Source: Desulfobacterales bacterium (lineage in GTDB: Bacteria; Desulfobacterota; Desulfobacteria; Desulfobacterales; UBA2174). Taken from it: a stretch of DNA of 64,000 nt. The stretch is from contig CAXXWC010000018.1 in the NCBI GenBank assembly GCA_963668645.2, positions 416,001 through 480,000 on the forward strand. The letters run 5' to 3'. The notes under the pieces are model-generated. The model made no database searches and had not been told where the DNA came from. It saw only the letters and a program-made list of their open reading frames with translations. The translations under genes were made by a program, and so were the position numbers. Shown here one piece after another: positions 10,217 to 19,162 of this stretch (within the stretch, counting starts at the first letter, position 1; the number at the start of each line of letters is the position of its first letter).

Positions 10217-12364
10217 TCAATACGTGAAGCTGACATTGAGGCCGAACACCCGGTCAGGGGACGGCACGAGGTACTGTTCTTCGTATTCGGTGTCGAAGAG
10301 GTTGGTGACATAGACCTTGACCCGGGCCTGTTGGCTTAAAAAGCGTTGTTCCACAGCCAGATCGACGGTGGCAAAGTCGTCGATCTCCTGGTTGAGGCTG
10401 GTTTTGCGTTTGTCCACGTACCGGATGCCGGCCAACAGGATGGTGTCGTCCAATACCGCGTAATCCAAACCCAGGGTCGCCTTGTGCCGGGGGAGCTGGT
10501 AGTGGTCGTCGTAGAGCTGGTCCTCTGCGATCCGGGTCGGGCCGAGTTCGGAATCCTGGTACGTGTAGTTGAGATAGCCGTCGAGACGCTGGAAGAGGCT
10601 GAAGCGCAGTTCCGCCTCCACGCCCTGAACAACCATGTGGTCGGCGTTGAAAACCATCTCTTCGATCCGTCCCGAATACAGGAGCGGATACGGGTCGCGG
10701 TTGAACATGATGTAGTTGTCGATGTCGTAATAATAGTATCCCAAACGCGCGGTGATATCCTTGGTGAGCTTCCGGATGACGCCGCCCTCATACTCCATGG
10801 CGGTTTCCGGATCGATGAAAAGGCCCGTCGGAACGCCCATATAACTGAACTCCATCCCGGTGGGGATGCGAAACGCCTTGCTCACGTTGAGATAGCCGGT
10901 GGTACCGGGCCAGAAGACATAGTTGAGACGCGATTTGGGGCACCAGGCATCCATCTCCTTTGAAAAATCGTCGTATCCGGCAATATTCACGTCCACATCC
11001 ATGTCCACCCGGTCGTAGCGCAACCCGAGTGCCAGGCTGAGCTTTTCGGTAACCTGCCAGACGTCCTCGAGAAAGGCCGCCTTGTGGGCGATCATTCTGG
11101 TCGACGGCACATGCCACTGCATCGTGGGCATGACGGCGTCATAGCCGAGTTCGTACTCCCGGCCTTCCAGCCCCACCGTGATGTCGTGGCGGTCGAAGAG
11201 CGTAAAACGGTCATGGACGATCCAGCCCCAGTCGCTGAAGTCGACCTGCTCTGTATAATCGTAAAACCCGGTGGCCTGGCTGTAGTTGTGGTGGCTCTCG
11301 TCGCGGAACTCCTCGGATTTGTACAGGTGGAGCTTCCAATCGCCAACCGGCGTCGGTTGTTCGAAGAACAGGTCGAAGTACTCGGTATCGCGTTTTTCAT
11401 AACTGCCGGCGCCGGCATAATTGGGCGTCGATCCCGCCGAGACCGCTTTGACGACGGGATAGCCGCTGTCGTAGCAAGCGCCGGTCAGAACATCGGCGGG
11501 ATCGTTGACCACATAGGGAGACTTGTCCTGGAAGCTGCCTTTGTAGCCGAAGGTCAGACGGCCCCGGAAAGGGAATCGATAGGAGATGCGGCCGTTGACG
11601 TCCTTCAGGCGGTAGCCGCTGTTTTTCAGGTAGCCGTCAGATTGCCGGTAGGCGCCGCCGAAAGCGTAGCTCAAGGCGTTCATGTCGCCGGACACCCCGG
11701 CCATGTATTTTTGCGTATCGTATTCTGAGATATCCACCGTCGCCTTGCCCTCGGGCCGGCCGTCGGGGCGTGAACCGCCCTTTTGGGTCACGATGTTGAT
11801 CGTGCCGCCGATGGTTTCCCCGTAAACCGCCGAATGGCCGCCGCGGATGACCTCTACCCGCTCCACATTTTCAAGGGTCAGCGAGTTCCAGTCCACCAGC
11901 TTGTCATAAAAGCCGCCGGCATTGCGGACCGGCCGGCCGTCGATGCGCACCATGATCCTCCGCGCGCCCAGGCCCCTGATTTTTACCACGTCCTTGCCGT
12001 CGGAAAGGGTCTGATCGCCCCGCTGAACGTCTATCTCGGCAAGGCTCTCCAGGATATCCTGGACCGTCTGCGGACTCCTGGCGCTCTCGTAGGTCTCGGT
12101 CACCACGGTGGTGGCCGTGGGATCGATGGCGACCCCGGCGGCTTCGCCGTACCTGTCCGCGGTGACGACGATCTCCCCCAGGTTCTGGGCCTTCGGGGCC
12201 GCCCCGGCCGAGGCAGCCGCCGGCGCCGTCTGCGCCACAAACAAGAGCAATGCCAACAGGCTTGCAACATGCCTGCAAGGTATCACCGGAACCGGCACCG
12301 ATGCGCCCGTCCCTTTTGCACCGAGACATCCGCCTTTTTTCTTCCGCCTTGTCCCTCGCGCCAT
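10217..12364 (-). CDS. TonB-dependent outer-membrane receptor
   Basis: TonB box EIVVTA, plug IRGLG...ERVEVIRGGHSAVYG..GGTINIVT, C-terminal NLFD.EY...aromatic end. Confidence 0.95.
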   Translation of the reverse strand: MARGTRRKKKGGCLGAKGTGASVPVPVIPCRHVASLLALLLFVAQTAPAAASAGAAPKAQNLGEIVVTADRYGEAAGVAIDPTATTVVTETYESARSPQTVQDILESLAEIDVQRGDQTLSDGKDVVKIRGLGARRIMVRIDGRPVRNAGGFYDKLVDWNSLTLENVERVEVIRGGHSAVYGETIGGTINIVTQKGGSRPDGRPEGKATVDISEYDTQKYMAGVSGDMNALSYAFGGAYRQSDGYLKNSGYRLKDVNGRISYRFPFRGRLTFGYKGSFQDKSPYVVNDPADVLTGACYDSGYPVVKAVSAGSTPNYAGAGSYEKRDTEYFDLFFEQPTPVGDWKLHLYKSEEFRDESHHNYSQATGFYDYTEQVDFSDWGWIVHDRFTLFDRHDITVGLEGREYELGYDAVMPTMQWHVPSTRMIAHKAAFLEDVWQVTEKLSLALGLRYDRVDMDVDVNIAGYDDFSKEMDAWCPKSRLNYVFWPGTTGYLNVSKAFRIPTGMEFSYMGVPTGLFIDPETAMEYEGGVIRKLTKDITARLGYYYYDIDNYIMFNRDPYPLLYSGRIEEMVFNADHMVVQGVEAELRFSLFQRLDGYLNYTYQDSELGPTRIAEDQLYDDHYQLPRHKATLGLDYAVLDDTILLAGIRYVDKRKTSLNQEIDDFATVDLAVEQRFLSQQARVKVYVTNLFDTEYEEQYLVPSPDRVFGLNVSFTY

Positions 12365-12399
12365 TTACACCTCCTTCGTCTCCCAAATGCCGTCGAAAT

Positions 12400-12510
12400 A
12401 AAAAAGCCACGAAGCCATCGGGGCCGTTTCCGTCCCTTCAGCCTTCATGGCTCGACTGGATTGTTTCCCCTGTTTCGGCAGCCGGATCGCGACGACAGGA
12501 GGCTTCGTGC
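12400..12510 (-). terminator. Leader terminator/attenuator-like structure upstream of the TonB receptor
   Basis: AGCCATGAAG pairs with CTTCGTGGCT followed by a U-run; an upstream CACGAAGCC is an alternative partner for the 3' arm. Confidence 0.5.
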
Positions 12511-12633
12511 CCCAATGGCGGTATCCGTCACCGAAGAGAACCGATCAGGAAAGCAAGGCTTTTAGCACGACCGGAGGAGGCCGTCTTTCAAACACCGCAC
12601 CATTGTTTGCACTTGCCGCACTTTTCGTGCGGA

Positions 12634-13824
12634 TCAGATCTTTTGGTGCCGTATCAGGCGAAGAAGATTGAAGCGCTGCGAATCGTCGCCCGGATCGGTG
12701 CGGAAGGAAGGCGGCTTGAGCCCGGACGACAGCGTTCCGGGGCGGGGCGGTTGGGCGGCCGCCGACCCCAGGAGGTGGATAGGGCCGGAACCGTTTTTCA
12801 GATAGGCGGTCGGGGGGATGCCGAAACGTTTTGCGAAAGCGTTGGTAAAATGGCTGTGGCTCTTGTATCCGGCTTCATGGGCGGCCTGTCCGATGTTCAG
12901 CCGCCCCTCGGCCAGAAGGCCCAACGCCCGGTCCAGTTTGGCCAGGCGCAGGGCCTCGAAGACGGTGAGCCCAAACAGGTGCCGGAAGCCGCGGTTGAGC
13001 TTGTTACGGTTGACGCCGGCCATGTGCGCCAACGATTCCAGGTCCGGCGGAGCATCGAGGTTTTCCAGCAGCAGACGGTGCGCCTCCCGGACCCGGTCGA
13101 GATCCCCGGGGCCGAGCGGCCGGTTCTTCCGGGGTGGGGCTGCGAGAACGGACAGGGTCAGGGCGACCAGTTCCAGGGCCTTGGCTTCTATGAAGATCCT
13201 GGCCACGGCGCCCTGGTAGGGACAGGCCAGGATCTGGCGGACGACGGCCTCCATGGCCGGCGTGATCCACAAGACATCGATCACCGGCGACTCGTTACCC
13301 CTGCCGTTCGCGGTCAGGGCGGCGATGTGCCTGAAAGCGCCGTTCCCGTGTTCACTACCGAGACAGGCTTGCAGGAAGGGCCTCGCCATGAACAGAGTAA
13401 GGCTCAGATGATCTTGCGTGCCGAGGCACTCGATCGTTCCGCTGCAAAAGGGAAGGTAGGCCAGGACGCACTGCCCCGGTTGCATCAGTTCTTCGACGTG
13501 CCGGCGGTGGCTCAAACGGATGAGGCTTCGGCGCCGGCCGCGCAGATGAAAGGCCAGCTCCAGGGGGGCGGGGCCCATCTCGAATCTGATCATGGACCGA
13601 TGGCAAAGTGCCGCGCTGTTAACGACCAGATCGAGGCCCGGGCGCAGGCAGATGGCGCCGGTGGGACCGCCCGGACCGTTTTTCCAGGCGAACGTCGTCG
13701 GGCGTTCTTGTGCGGGCTTTGCGCCCGTTTCGGCCAGTGCCGGCGCACCGATGCAAAGCACCGGATCATCCGCCAGGGACTCTCCGAGGGGGGACGGCCC
13801 TGGCGCGCTGTTTGTTCTCTCCAT
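12634..13824 (-). CDS. AraC-family regulator (PchR/YbtA-like)
   Basis: IFIEAKALEL, PPDLESLAHMAGVNRNKLNRGFRHLFG, GYKSHSHFTNAFAKRFG. Confidence 0.92.
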   Translation of the reverse strand: MERTNSAPGPSPLGESLADDPVLCIGAPALAETGAKPAQERPTTFAWKNGPGGPTGAICLRPGLDLVVNSAALCHRSMIRFEMGPAPLELAFHLRGRRRSLIRLSHRRHVEELMQPGQCVLAYLPFCSGTIECLGTQDHLSLTLFMARPFLQACLGSEHGNGAFRHIAALTANGRGNESPVIDVLWITPAMEAVVRQILACPYQGAVARIFIEAKALELVALTLSVLAAPPRKNRPLGPGDLDRVREAHRLLLENLDAPPDLESLAHMAGVNRNKLNRGFRHLFGLTVFEALRLAKLDRALGLLAEGRLNIGQAAHEAGYKSHSHFTNAFAKRFGIPPTAYLKNGSGPIHLLGSAAAQPPRPGTLSSGLKPPSFRTDPGDDSQRFNLLRLIRHQKI

Positions 13825-14056
13825 GTCGATCCGTCACCGCGGCCTCAGTGCCGGGGCGGCATGCACGGCTTGCGCATACGGGCCGTTCATCCGTCTGTGG
13901 CGAAATCGACTTCGTCTCGGCCCGGGCCATGTCCCGTCAATCGGTCTCATGTTCACCCATCATTTTCAAGCGGATCGATTGACGCCTTCTCAGCCCGCCA
14001 CGTCCCGTCGGATGGAACCGCAGGTTCTTGGGAAACACAAGAATACCAAGATTGAG

Positions 14057-14070
14057 ATAGATATCTCTAA
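14057..14070. promoter_or_regulatory. DtxR/IdeR-like box upstream of araC
   Basis: ATAGA-TATC-TCTAA, 36 nt downstream of a minus-strand TTGACA (14107-14112). Confidence 0.6.
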
Positions 14071-14232
14071 CTATACGGCAGGTGATTTACCCCCGCAGTA
14101 CCTGATTGTCAAGGGCCTGACGCTGTCTGGCGATGAAGAGGGCTCTATGTGGCAAGACGCCGGGCCAGCCGCCGGGCAGCAGGCCCCGGGGCAGCAGATG
14201 GTCGATCCGTCCTGTCGCCGGCGCGTCTCCTG

Positions 14233-14943
14233 CTAAGTCCGCCCTTTCCACCACTTCAAGTCCTGTTTTGCGGAAAGGATGCCGTTAAGCGCGGTCAGGG
14301 CGTGCTTCTTGATGATGCGAAAATGCTTTTTCATCGCCTTGCGGGTTTTTTCCAGGGACCGGCTTTCGAGGGCTTCGATCAACTCGCTGTGCAGGGAGCC
14401 GACCTTTTCCTCTGAAGCCACAAAGAGCAGGCTGCCCCGATACTTCAGATACAAAAGATCGAAGAGATGTTCCAGGATCTGGAGCTGCGTCTTGCGCCCG
14501 GAAACGGTGGCGATGGCCAGATGGAACTCCCGGTCCTGATGCAGCTTATGGTTCAGGTAATCTTCCCGGGAAACCGTCTTGTCGTCGATCAGAATCCGGC
14601 GCAACTGCGCCACGGCCGCGGCGTTGAGGTTGTAGAGCACCGCCGGCAGCAGTGACATCTCGATCATCTCCCGCAGTTCGTAGATTTCCTCGACCTCCTG
14701 GACGCTCATGGGGGCCGTGAAATACCCCCGGTTGGTCTCGTGGTGGACAAGCCCCTGGTGCTCCAGTCGCTTCAATGCCTGGATGACCGGGGTCAGGCTG
14801 ACATGGAGTTTTTCGGCCAGTTCCCGGTAGGAAATTTTCTGGCCCGGCACGATCTCGTTGTTGAACAGCATTCTGCGGATGCCTTCATAGACCTGCCGGG
14901 CCACATCGGATTTGCTGCGTAAGGGCTTTTCGGATGATTTCAT
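14233..14943 (-). CDS. GntR (FadR/FCD) family regulator
   Basis: PGQKISYRELAEKLHVSLTPVIQALKRLEHQGLV; DREFHLAIA. Confidence 0.93.
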   Translation of the reverse strand: MKSSEKPLRSKSDVARQVYEGIRRMLFNNEIVPGQKISYRELAEKLHVSLTPVIQALKRLEHQGLVHHETNRGYFTAPMSVQEVEEIYELREMIEMSLLPAVLYNLNAAAVAQLRRILIDDKTVSREDYLNHKLHQDREFHLAIATVSGRKTQLQILEHLFDLLYLKYRGSLLFVASEEKVGSLHSELIEALESRSLEKTRKAMKKHFRIIKKHALTALNGILSAKQDLKWWKGRT

Positions 14944-15310
14944 GGATGCTCCGGGTCTTTCTGGTTTTAAAAAAGTTCGTTACATTTTCGTATAATTACA
15001 CTCACAATTTTGTCAAGCCTGATGGCGTCTTGATCGATGCTTTGAGGGCAGCCGGTTTTTTCTGAAAATGCCCTAACATTTATGTAACATTTTATATTAA
15101 TTGAATTTCTGCATTTAATGAAAAAGGGTTGACAGCGTAATCCCCCTAAGATTATTAAGAGTAAACTTAATCAAATTCAACAAAATTTAATTAAATCACG
15201 GACCCGATCATAACCTGCGATATCGCTGCCGCCGCCAGGATCAACCGAAAAGGTGGCCGCTGCACTGACCATTGGCCAATCGGTTCAACCCTACAGTGAA
15301 GGAGGTCGAC

Positions 15311-16336
15311 ATGACAGGTTCAAAAAGGCGCTTGTTTGTTGCAATGGTTGTTGTGGCCGTGTTTGCAGGTGCAATGGTTACGGCGCTCTGCCCGCAGGCA
15401 GGGGCGGAAGCACTTACACCGGTGCGCTACGAAGAGGTCATCCGCTCCGTGTTCTACCTGCCAAGTTATGTTGCCCTGAGCAAGGGCTATTTCCAGGAAG
15501 AGGGGCTGGACGTCTCCATCAAGACATCCTGGGGCAGCGACAAGGGAACTGCTGCACTGCTTTCGGGCAACGCGGACATCGTACTGGTGGGCCCCGAAAC
15601 CGCCGTATACATCCAGAAAGGCGAGTCGCCCGAGAAGGTCAGGATTTTCTGCGGACTGACGGCCACCGACGGGTCGATGCTGGTGTCCCGCGAGAAGATC
15701 GACTCCTTCGACTGGCAGAGCCTGAAGGGCAAAACCATCATGAGCTGGCGGGTGGGCAGCATGCCGGCGGTTTTCCTTGAACATCTTTTGCGTGCCAACA
15801 GCCTCGATCCGGACAAGGATGTGACCATCATCAACAATCTGGCCGCCCCGGCGCGCCACGGCGCCTTTGTTTCCGGAACCGCAGATTTCGCGACCTTTTT
15901 CGAGCCCGATGTGTCCAAGATGGAGTCCAACGGAACCGGCCACTTCGTAACATCCGTCGGCCGGCAGGTGGGCAACGTCGACTACACCGTGTTCATGGCC
16001 ACCCAATCCTTTATCGCCAAGAATCCGAAGATCATCCAGGCATGGACCAACGCCATTTTCAAGGCCCAGAAGTATTGCCTCGAAGCCGATGCCATGGTCA
16101 TCGCCAAGTCGGTGGCCGCCTTCTTCCCTTCGGTGGACCTGGAGCTGATCGCCCAATCCATCCAGCGCTACCGGCAGCTCAGTATCTTAAAGACCAGTCC
16201 GCTGGTGCAGCCCGCCGCCATCGAGGGGCTTCAGGACCTGCTGGTGGAAGGGGGGCTGCTCAAAACGCAAGAGCGCGTCAAGTACGAGGACATAGTGGTC
16301 GTCGATTTTGCAAGAAAGGCGATGGGGCAAAAATAA
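15311..16336 (+). CDS. ABC transporter substrate-binding protein (NMT1/THI5/SsuA-like)
   Basis: FYLPSYVALSKGYFQEEGLDV, LKGKTI, FFEP; GGAGG RBS; signal peptide. Confidence 0.9.
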   Translation: MTGSKRRLFVAMVVVAVFAGAMVTALCPQAGAEALTPVRYEEVIRSVFYLPSYVALSKGYFQEEGLDVSIKTSWGSDKGTAALLSGNADIVLVGPETAVYIQKGESPEKVRIFCGLTATDGSMLVSREKIDSFDWQSLKGKTIMSWRVGSMPAVFLEHLLRANSLDPDKDVTIINNLAAPARHGAFVSGTADFATFFEPDVSKMESNGTGHFVTSVGRQVGNVDYTVFMATQSFIAKNPKIIQAWTNAIFKAQKYCLEADAMVIAKSVAAFFPSVDLELIAQSIQRYRQLSILKTSPLVQPAAIEGLQDLLVEGGLLKTQERVKYEDIVVVDFARKAMGQK

Positions 16337-17229
16337 TGGAAGCGCTGGTGCCATCAGGTGAGCAGGGAGGCAATGCCGGCGGCGGGCCGCCGCCGGTGGC
16401 GGTTGTCGAACTGTTCAAGGTCCGGCAGGTCTACTTGTCCGACGACGGGGAGATCGAGGCCATCCGCGATCTCAGTCTCACCGTGCGCCAGGGGGAGTTC
16501 GTCAGCATCGTCGGGCAAAGCGGCTGCGGTAAGAGCACGCTGCTGTCAATCATCGCCGGCCTGATCGCGCCCACGGCGGGCGAGGTGCGTATCAAGGGGG
16601 CTGCTGTTAAAGGGCCGTCACGGCGAACCGGCTACATGCTCCAGCACGATACCCTTTTCGAGTGGCGCACCATTCTGGAAAATGTTCTGCTGGGACCGGA
16701 AATCCAAGGCCTGGACATGCGGGCGGCCGAGGCCCGGGCCCATCACCTGCTGGACCGCTACGGCCTTGCCGATTTCAAGGGGAAACTGCCCCAGGAGCTT
16801 TCTGGAGGGATGCGCCAGCGTGCGGCCCTGGCCCGCACCATGTGCACCGAGCCTGAAATCCTGCTCCTGGACGAACCGTTTTCCGCCCTCGATTACCAGA
16901 CCCGCCTGGCCATGACCGAAGAGATCGGCATGATCCTGCGCACCGAACAGCGCACGGTGATCATGGTCACCCACGACATATCCGAGGCCATTGCCATGTC
17001 GGACCGCATCGTGGTGCTCAGCGCCAGGCCCGGCCGGGTCCAGTCCGAACACCGCGTCGTCTTTCCCAGTGCCGGCGGCCGGCGGCCCACACCGCTGGCC
17101 ACCCGCGACACTCCGGAGTTCGGCCAATATTTTCAAACCATCTGGAAGGAACTGGACTTTCATGTCAACGGCACCGCAAAAGAGCGAAAATCCCGCCGCT
17201 CGGGACAATCCGGCAGCTGCAAGGCCTGA
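16336..17229 (+). CDS. ABC transporter ATP-binding protein (TauB/SsuB-like)
   Basis: GQSGCGKST, LSGGMRQR, LLLDEPF, VTHD; TAATG coupling. Confidence 0.95.
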   Translation: MEALVPSGEQGGNAGGGPPPVAVVELFKVRQVYLSDDGEIEAIRDLSLTVRQGEFVSIVGQSGCGKSTLLSIIAGLIAPTAGEVRIKGAAVKGPSRRTGYMLQHDTLFEWRTILENVLLGPEIQGLDMRAAEARAHHLLDRYGLADFKGKLPQELSGGMRQRAALARTMCTEPEILLLDEPFSALDYQTRLAMTEEIGMILRTEQRTVIMVTHDISEAIAMSDRIVVLSARPGRVQSEHRVVFPSAGGRRPTPLATRDTPEFGQYFQTIWKELDFHVNGTAKERKSRRSGQSGSCKA

Positions 17230-18064
17230 TGCGCTCCAGGGCACCAGGCCTTCCGGTCCCAGCCGGATATACCGGCGCTACCTTCGCCAACAACGCAACA
17301 CCCGCTGGATGGTGCGCTTGAGCCAGTTTCTGCTGCTGGTGGCGTTCCTGCTGGTTTGGGAGGTGGCGGCCCGCACCCATGCGGTAAACCCCATGCTGAC
17401 CAGCTACCCGTCGGCCATCTGGCCGACGCTCCTTGAACTGCTCAGTCCGGGGGACCTCAACCGGCAGGGCAACATCATTCATCACACTACCGTCACCTTC
17501 GTGGAAGTGGGCATCAGTTTCATCATTTCCGCGGTCATCGGCATCCTGGCCGGCGCGGCCCTGTGGTGGTCTTCCTTTCTTTACCGGGTTCTCGACCCCT
17601 ATCTGGTGGTGGCCAACGCCATGCCCAAGATCGCGCTGGTGCCCATCTTTTATATCTGGCTGGGCGATACGCTGTCTATATACGGGATCGCCATCGCCAT
17701 CGCCGGTTTCATCACCACCATGATGATCTATTGCGGTTTTCGCGAAACCGATCCGGACAAAATCAAACTGATGCAGGTGCTGGGAGCCAAAAAGTGGCAG
17801 ATTTTCTCCAAACTGGTCTTTCCGGGAAACCTGCCGATCATCACCGCGGCCCTCAAGGCGACCATCGGGCTGGTGCTGGTGGGTGTGATCGTGGGTGAAT
17901 TCCAATCTTCCCGCGCCGGTTTGGGGTACCTGATCATCTATGGCAGTCAGATCTTCCAGATGAACCTGGTGATGACCGCCATCGCCATTTTGGCGGTCAT
18001 GTCCACGCTGATGTACGGCGCGGTCTTTTACCTTGAAATGGCGATCAGCCGCAAAAGACGGTAA
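17162..18064 (+). CDS. ABC transporter permease (TauC/SsuC-like)
   Basis: PKIALVPIFYIWLG, LGAKKWQIFSKLVFP, GVIVGEF...GLGYLI. Confidence 0.93.
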   Translation: MSTAPQKSENPAARDNPAAARPDALQGTRPSGPSRIYRRYLRQQRNTRWMVRLSQFLLLVAFLLVWEVAARTHAVNPMLTSYPSAIWPTLLELLSPGDLNRQGNIIHHTTVTFVEVGISFIISAVIGILAGAALWWSSFLYRVLDPYLVVANAMPKIALVPIFYIWLGDTLSIYGIAIAIAGFITTMMIYCGFRETDPDKIKLMQVLGAKKWQIFSKLVFPGNLPIITAALKATIGLVLVGVIVGEFQSSRAGLGYLIIYGSQIFQMNLVMTAIAILAVMSTLMYGAVFYLEMAISRKRR

Positions 18065-18076
18065 GGCGGGGTCCTG

Positions 18077-19099
18077 ATGAATGCAGAAACTGTCACGGCC
18101 CGCAGCGTGGTCGAAGCCCTCGACCGGATCACCGGCGGCCGAATTCCGCCGCCCGGAACGCCCATGGTGGCCGGCAGCCATCCCTTTGTCGTGAAACGGA
18201 CATCAGGCCTGGCCGGCAAGGCCGTTCTCGAAACACCGGGGCTGGTGGTGGGCGATCCGGGTAAACCGATCGGATCCATGGGCATCGCCATGACCTTGAC
18301 CGAGAGCGTCATCGAACTTGCCGGGGCCATGGGGCTGGATGCCATCCTGACCCATCATCCGGTTGCCGATGCGGCCAGTGCCGGCGGGGTCCCGTTGCGG
18401 CCCTACCTCGATCTTTATCACCTGGCGCTTTTCGAACTGCATGAAGCCTTCCACGGGCTGCATCCCGGGATCGCCTACCTCCACGGCCACCGCGTGGTGG
18501 AATGCGACATCCATTTTTCGGGCATGCCGGGCAATGTCGTTTTTTTCGGGCACGCCCTGCCGGATGTGCATACGGCCGGAGACATCCTGACCCGCCTGGC
18601 GGCTTTCATGGACCGGGAGGCCGAAAGCCGGCTCCTGGCCCTGGAGGCCGATATCCGCGGGTGTGCGAACATCCGGGAGACCACCCTGGCGGCACCGGCC
18701 CGGATTCTGGTCGGTGGTGTCCGAGCGCCGGTGAGCCGGATCCTGCACGTTTTCCCTCACACGGGATTTACGGCCCGGCATCTTGGCATGGCCCTGGAGC
18801 GGTTTGCGCAGGTCGACACGGTTATCGTCTCCATAAGCCGCGTGCTACCCGACAGCGAACTTGCGGCGGTTATCCGGGACAGGGGGCTGACCCTGGTGGC
18901 CGGCAATTCACATGCCCAGGAAATATACGAAAACGGCCTGCCCCTGGCTTATGCCCTGCAGCGCGAATTGCCGCGGGTCGATTTTGTCATACTCAAAGAG
19001 CGGATCACGGCGGTTCCGCTGCGGCATTTCGGAAACCGGCAGATCCAGCAATACGCCCGGCAGATGGCGGCCAGGTTGGGCCGGCCGGTACAGGATTGA
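18077..19099 (+). CDS. Nif3-like dinuclear metal-centre protein
   Basis: GLVVGDP, AILTHHP, HEAFHGLH, GNSHAQEIYENGLP. Confidence 0.75.
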   Translation: MNAETVTARSVVEALDRITGGRIPPPGTPMVAGSHPFVVKRTSGLAGKAVLETPGLVVGDPGKPIGSMGIAMTLTESVIELAGAMGLDAILTHHPVADAASAGGVPLRPYLDLYHLALFELHEAFHGLHPGIAYLHGHRVVECDIHFSGMPGNVVFFGHALPDVHTAGDILTRLAAFMDREAESRLLALEADIRGCANIRETTLAAPARILVGGVRAPVSRILHVFPHTGFTARHLGMALERFAQVDTVIVSISRVLPDSELAAVIRDRGLTLVAGNSHAQEIYENGLPLAYALQRELPRVDFVILKERITAVPLRHFGNRQIQQYARQMAARLGRPVQD

Positions 19100-19162
19100 G
19101 CCGATGGCAACGCCGGTTTAGTGCGCCAGGCTGCCACCGGATATCAAGAGAGGAGCAAAGCC

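Noticed and set aside
12400..12630. Canonical cobalamin riboswitch
   Set aside because: Conserved B12-box and core motifs were not found by eye; only a terminator-like platform is visible
12250..14055. Long antisense or alternative-frame ORFs (e.g. 12250-14055 +, 41774-43468 +, 46139-48082 +, 46152-48173 -)
   Set aside because: Shadow ORFs of GC-rich real genes, with no motifs and Arg/Gly/Pro-biased composition
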